Below are positions 42,491 through 45,508 of a stretch of 45,508 nucleotides of DNA, in pieces; position 1 is the first letter of the stretch, and each line of letters opens with the position of its first letter. The notes below the pieces were generated by a model. It was not told the DNA's origin. It saw nothing but the letters and a program-made list of their open reading frames with translations, and did no database searches. Source of the stretch: Candidatus Nezhaarchaeales archaeon (GTDB lineage Archaea > Thermoproteota > Methanomethylicia > Nezhaarchaeales > WYZ-LMO8); assembly GCA_036786905.1 (NCBI GenBank), contig DAIQQE010000002.1, positions 1 through 45,508 on the forward strand, read 5' to 3'. A program made the position numbers and the translations under genes.

Positions 42491-43370
42491 GTGGGGCAGA
42501 GCCCGGGCGGGGATTTATCGCGAGGTGGTGATTTGAGGGTCGTGGACTCTCTGGCCCTCAAACCCGTGCGCTCGAGGCAATTGGGGAAGAGCTTGAGGGT
42601 TAACAAAACCCAGCCGAAGACTTGTCCCTATTCTTGCGTCTACTGCCAACAAGACAGAACTAGCAACATAACCGTCAGAAGAGGGCATTTCGTGAGCCAC
42701 TACGGATGATGGTCCAAGTCAAGGGGCCCACGAGGTGAGCCCGAGAGGCATAGACCGCGTAACCTTCGCATCTGGCAGAGAGCTCATGCTCGACGTCAAG
42801 TTAGGTAAGGGGATATCGCTTTTAAGGGGCCTAGGTCTTCCCATAACAGAGTAACGAACGCCTTGATGCTTTGGCGCGAAGACGTCAGGAAGGATCTGCT
42901 CGACGCCGACTTCGTCTCACTGAAGATCGATGCCGTCGGCATCGACGTGTGGAGGCACGTAAACAGGCCGCGCAAGGACTTGAGGTTGGACGCGATTTTA
43001 GATGGGGTAGAACGGTTCGCGAGAGACTCAAAGAGATTCTCGTGAGCGAGGCCATGCTCATCGATCGTGTGGATTACGGAGGGGTGCTGGAGAGGGTGAC
43101 GAGCTCTCTGAGGAGCTTAGCCAAGCTGTACAGGGCCTACATCGCCGTTCGACCAGACTGCCCACTGATAAGTGGGTTAAACCTGCCAAGGGGTTTTGAG
43201 CGAGGCCCTTCAGATCTCCAGAGCTCTTGAGACCGATGGAGCGGAGCTCTTAAAGAGAGCGGGTGCGGATTGGCAAGTCGTCAACGAGCTCTTGCGCGAC
43301 GATGGGCTTGTGGAGTTGGACTACGAAGGAGAGACGTACTGCGCACGAAGGCATCGATAACTGACTAGCT
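42491..43370 (+). pseudogene. Decayed radical-SAM protein gene (multiple frameshifts and in-frame stops)
   Basis: Family-typical blocks lie in different frames. PVRSRQLGKSLRVN..KTCPYSCVYCQ (CxxxCxxC) in frame 2 ends at a stop. IDRVTFASGRELMLDVKLGKGISLLRGLGLPI is in another frame. VTNALMLWREDVRKDLLDADFVSLKIDAVGIDVWRHVNRPRKDLRLDAILDGVERFA ends at a stop. ILVSEAMLIDRV..AYIAVRP is shifted again. The C-terminal ELLKRAGADWQVVNELLRDDGLVELDYEGETYCARRHR ends at TAA 43368-43370. Confidence 0.7.
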
Positions 43371-43503
43371 CTCGAAGTCTCAGCCCTCGCTCGGCACCAC
43401 CTAGACTTAAACCTAGACCGGAAAACGGTAGGGAGCCCTGAGGGTGTTTAGAGGTAAAGGGTTGCTAAGCTCGAACTAAAAACATGGCGAGGGCCCGAGC
43501 CCG

Positions 43504-44109
43504 TCAGCTGAGTACACCTCTCAAGAAGTACTCGTGTATCCTCGTGTCGCTGGTCAGTTCGGGATGGAAGGTCGCTGCCAGCATGTTGTCTTGTTGGACG
43601 AGGACTGGGAGGCCTTCGTAGACCGCCAAGACCCTCACCTTGCTGCCCACGGCCTCTATAGCTGGAGCCCTTATGAAGACTCCCCGAAACGGCCTGTCGC
43701 CTATCGCCGGGATCTCTAAGTCGACCTCGAAGGACTCCTTTTGTCTCCCGTAGTAGTTTCTAACGACCTTTATGTCCATTACCCCTATGAGGGGTTGTTG
43801 GATCCTCCCCACCTTTGCGTCGTATACCTCCTTGGCCAGCAATATGGCCCCAGCGCACGTGCCGAAGACCGGCAAGCCCCCCTCTATCCTCTCCTTTAAG
43901 ACTTTGATGAGCCCGGTCCTCTCGGCAACCCTGCCTATTACCGTGCTCTCTCCTCCCGGTATCACAATGCCTTGAACCCTATCCAGCTCTGCGGGCTTCT
44001 TGATCAACTCGACTGCTCCGTCGACGCCTAGCTTGGACAAGGCGACTTTGAGCGATTCGACGTGTTCGGACACTGCACCTTGGAGCGCTACTACCCCCAG
44101 CTTGAGCAC
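43504..44109 (-). CDS. pdxT: Pyridoxal 5'-phosphate synthase glutaminase subunit PdxT
   Basis: LGVVALQGAVSEH, IPGGESTV, GTCAG (catalytic Cys), FHPE motifs. GTG start 1 nt after the pdxS stop. Confidence 0.9.
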   Translation of the reverse strand: MLKLGVVALQGAVSEHVESLKVALSKLGVDGAVELIKKPAELDRVQGIVIPGGESTVIGRVAERTGLIKVLKERIEGGLPVFGTCAGAILLAKEVYDAKVGRIQQPLIGVMDIKVVRNYYGRQKESFEVDLEIPAIGDRPFRGVFIRAPAIEAVGSKVRVLAVYEGLPVLVQQDNMLAATFHPELTSDTRIHEYFLRGVLS

Positions 44110-44110
44110 G

Positions 44111-45109
44111 TCATTCGCCTCTGACTTGAAGTAGCTCCTCCGGCTTTAGCGTCTTAATGTCTATGCCCATCATGGCCTTTTTCTCAGAAACCATTCTGCA
44201 CGCTTCGACGACTATCTCGGGATCGTCCCAGTGAGAGGTCGCCAAGACTATCGCTTGGGCCCTGACCTCGGGATCCGAGGACTTGAATATGCCCGAGCCC
44301 ACGAAGACCCCGTCGGCTCCGAGGAGCATCATGAGCGCGGCGTCGGCCGGCGTCGCTATCCCGCCGGCGGCGAAGTTTACGACAGGGAGCCTCCCGAGCC
44401 TGGCCGTCTCCTTCACTAGCTCGTAGGGCACGTTGTAGTTCTTGGCCGCGTCGAGCAACTCCTCGTCGTTCATGGCCCTCAGGACCCTTATCTCGCCCAT
44501 GATTTGCTTCATGTGCTTCACGGCCTCGGAGACGTTGCCGGTGCCAGCCTCCCCCTTGGTCCTGATCATCGCCGCGCCCTCGTATATCCTCCTCAGAGCC
44601 TCCCCCAAGTTCCTAGCGCCGTTGACGAAGGGAGTTCTGAAGAGCCACTTGTTTATGTGGTGCTTTTCGTCTGCCGGTGTTAAGACCTCGCTCTCGTCTA
44701 TCATGTCGACCCCTATGTGTTCGAGCACCTTGGCCTCCATGTAATGGCCTATTCTGCACTTGGCCATGACTGGTATGGTTACGTGATCCATGACCTCCTC
44801 TATGACCTTGATGTCGGCCATCCTAGCGACTCCTCCGGCCTTCCTCACGTCGTAGGGCAACTTGTCGAGCACCATTACCGAGACTGCTCCAGCGTCTTCG
44901 GCTATCTGCGCTTGTTCCACGTTGGTTACGTCCATACAGACCCCTCCCTTCTGCATCTTCGCGAAGCCCCTCTTGACAACTACGGTACCCTTGACGGGGG
45001 ACTTGAGCTCTGAGGGCAGGAGAGGTGGAGCGAACATGTCCTTCAATTTGTCCCTTGCCTCTAACAGGCCGTAGAGGAAGTCCCTAAGCTCTTCGAGCCT
45101 CTCGGCCAA
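44111..45109 (-). CDS. pdxS: Pyridoxal 5'-phosphate synthase lyase subunit PdxS
   Basis: [28 protein letters not shown]..., [35 protein letters not shown] at 45109 gives 332 aa with the crenarchaeal-type N-terminal helix ([22 protein letters not shown]) and lies 14-29 nt after an AT-rich box. The longer ORF to 45373 is rejected. Confidence 0.9.
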   Translation of the reverse strand: MAERLEELRDFLYGLLEARDKLKDMFAPPLLPSELKSPVKGTVVVKRGFAKMQKGGVCMDVTNVEQAQIAEDAGAVSVMVLDKLPYDVRKAGGVARMADIKVIEEVMDHVTIPVMAKCRIGHYMEAKVLEHIGVDMIDESEVLTPADEKHHINKWLFRTPFVNGARNLGEALRRIYEGAAMIRTKGEAGTGNVSEAVKHMKQIMGEIRVLRAMNDEELLDAAKNYNVPYELVKETARLGRLPVVNFAAGGIATPADAALMMLLGADGVFVGSGIFKSSDPEVRAQAIVLATSHWDDPEIVVEACRMVSEKKAMMGIDIKTLKPEELLQVRGE

Positions 45110-45122
45110 TAACCAGCACCTC

Positions 45123-45138
45123 GATTTAACAAATAATG
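45123..45138 (-). promoter_or_regulatory. TATA/BRE region candidate for pdxST
   Basis: The - strand reads CATTATTTGTTAAATC, immediately upstream of the TTG at 45109. Confidence 0.4.
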
Positions 45139-45167
45139 CGACAGAACCCCTTATTAAGCATTGAGCC

Positions 45168-45177
45168 AATAAACTTT
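45168..45177 (+). promoter_or_regulatory. TATA-box candidate for argF (leaderless)
   Basis: AATAAACTTT 27-36 nt upstream of the ATG at 45204. Confidence 0.4.
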
Positions 45178-45203
45178 CTAGGCCTCCTCGATGGTGTCTT
45201 GCC

Positions 45204-45508
45204 ATGAATGTGAAGGGGCGCGACATCTTAACGCTCCAAGAGCTCTCCTCCAAAGAAGTATGGGCGCTCATCGACGTGTGCTTCGAGCTGAAGAAGGAGT
45301 GGGTGAGGGGGAATAGGAGGAGGAGAGACCTCGAGGGGAAGAGCGTGCTCCTGTTCTTCGAGAAACCATCCACTAGGACTAGGCTGGCCTTCGAAGTAGC
45401 GGCGGCGAGCTTAGGGGCCCATGCCCTCTACGCATCGGCGTCGGAGTTGCAATTGGCGCGCGGCGAGGCGCTCTCCGACACGGCTAAGGTCTTCTCCAGA
45501 ATGGTCGA
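45204..45508 (+). CDS. argF: Ornithine carbamoyltransferase (3' end outside window)
   Basis: Hand translation: [33 protein letters not shown]...[66 protein letters not shown] and QL.RGE favour OTCase over ATCase. Open to the window end, so absent from the ORF track. Confidence 0.8.
   Translation, partial: MNVKGRDILTLQELSSKEVWALIDVCFELKKEWVRGNRRRRDLEGKSVLLFFEKPSTRTRLAFEVAAASLGAHALYASASELQLARGEALSDTAKVFSRMV

Noticed and set aside
45110-45373. N-terminal extension of the pdxS ORF to 420 aa
   Set aside because: The extension is not PdxS-like, runs through the AT-rich promoter region, and is antisense to the clearly coding 5' end of argF (STRTR motif).
1-45508. Search for CRISPR repeats, rRNA, RNase P RNA, SRP RNA and transposases
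   Set aside because: No regularly spaced direct repeats, no rRNA-like conserved blocks, and no CR-I/CR-V or SRP helix-8 signatures were recognised by eye. A covariance-model scan would be needed to exclude small ncRNAs.

Overview
GC-rich archaeal chromosomal segment. Gene content and RNA features point to Thermoproteota (Crenarchaeota): intron-containing tRNAs, two of them with non-canonical intron positions, plus a cbf5 gene interrupted by a bulge-helix-bulge (BHB) intron; this placement is inference. About 90% of the window is explained by about 55 protein genes and 5 tRNAs.

Layout:
- 1-5.2 kb: conserved information-processing cluster (hsp20, uL15, secY, DUF106 insertase, eL34, cmk, eL14, cbf5, tRNA-Ser).
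- 5.2-13.6 kb: mixed accessory and housekeeping genes. These are a GMC flavoprotein with a ferredoxin-type Cys motif, a DtxR-family repressor, a 0.58 kb ORF-free gap with a candidate C/D box sRNA, a C2H2 zinc-finger micro-ORF, tatD, a PPP phosphatase, a membrane-anchored wHTH protein, tRNA-Thr, a thiolase, rpiA and a two-intron tRNA-Met.
- 13.8-24.6 kb: fatty-acid beta-oxidation island (3-hydroxyacyl-CoA dehydrogenase, acyl-CoA dehydrogenase, enoyl-CoA hydratase, thiolase plus DUF35, an MBL-fold protein, etfBA). It is flanked by a divergent soluble HdrA-like/HdrD-like pair.
- 24.9-31.7 kb: surface-glycan cluster (two epimerases, two convergent MOP flippases, an LLM oxidoreductase) with a 0.66 kb ORF-free gap.
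- 31.7-42.3 kb: translation, RNA-modification and ribosome genes (ribL, dphB, taw1, psmB, NOG1-type GTPase, rtcA, ftsY, pfdA, LX, aIF6, eL31, eL39, PDCD5-like, eS19, YhbY, Rpp21, nep1, tRNA-His, tRNA-Ala).
- 42.5-45.5 kb: a decayed radical-SAM pseudogene, pdxT/pdxS and the 5' part of argF.

No rRNA, CRISPR array, transposase or integrase was seen.

Observations most worth a second look:
- A C2H2 zinc-finger micro-ORF ends at CCC_TAA_G, and a Cys-rich reading frame continues in the +1 frame.
- The ETF-linked HdrA-like/HdrD-like module has no ETF:quinone oxidoreductase nearby.
- The cbf5 mRNA intron.
- A tRNA-His whose intron splits the anticodon.
- A tRNA-Met with a second intron in the T-loop.

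All calls come from reading the sequence and ORF translations by eye; no database search was run.
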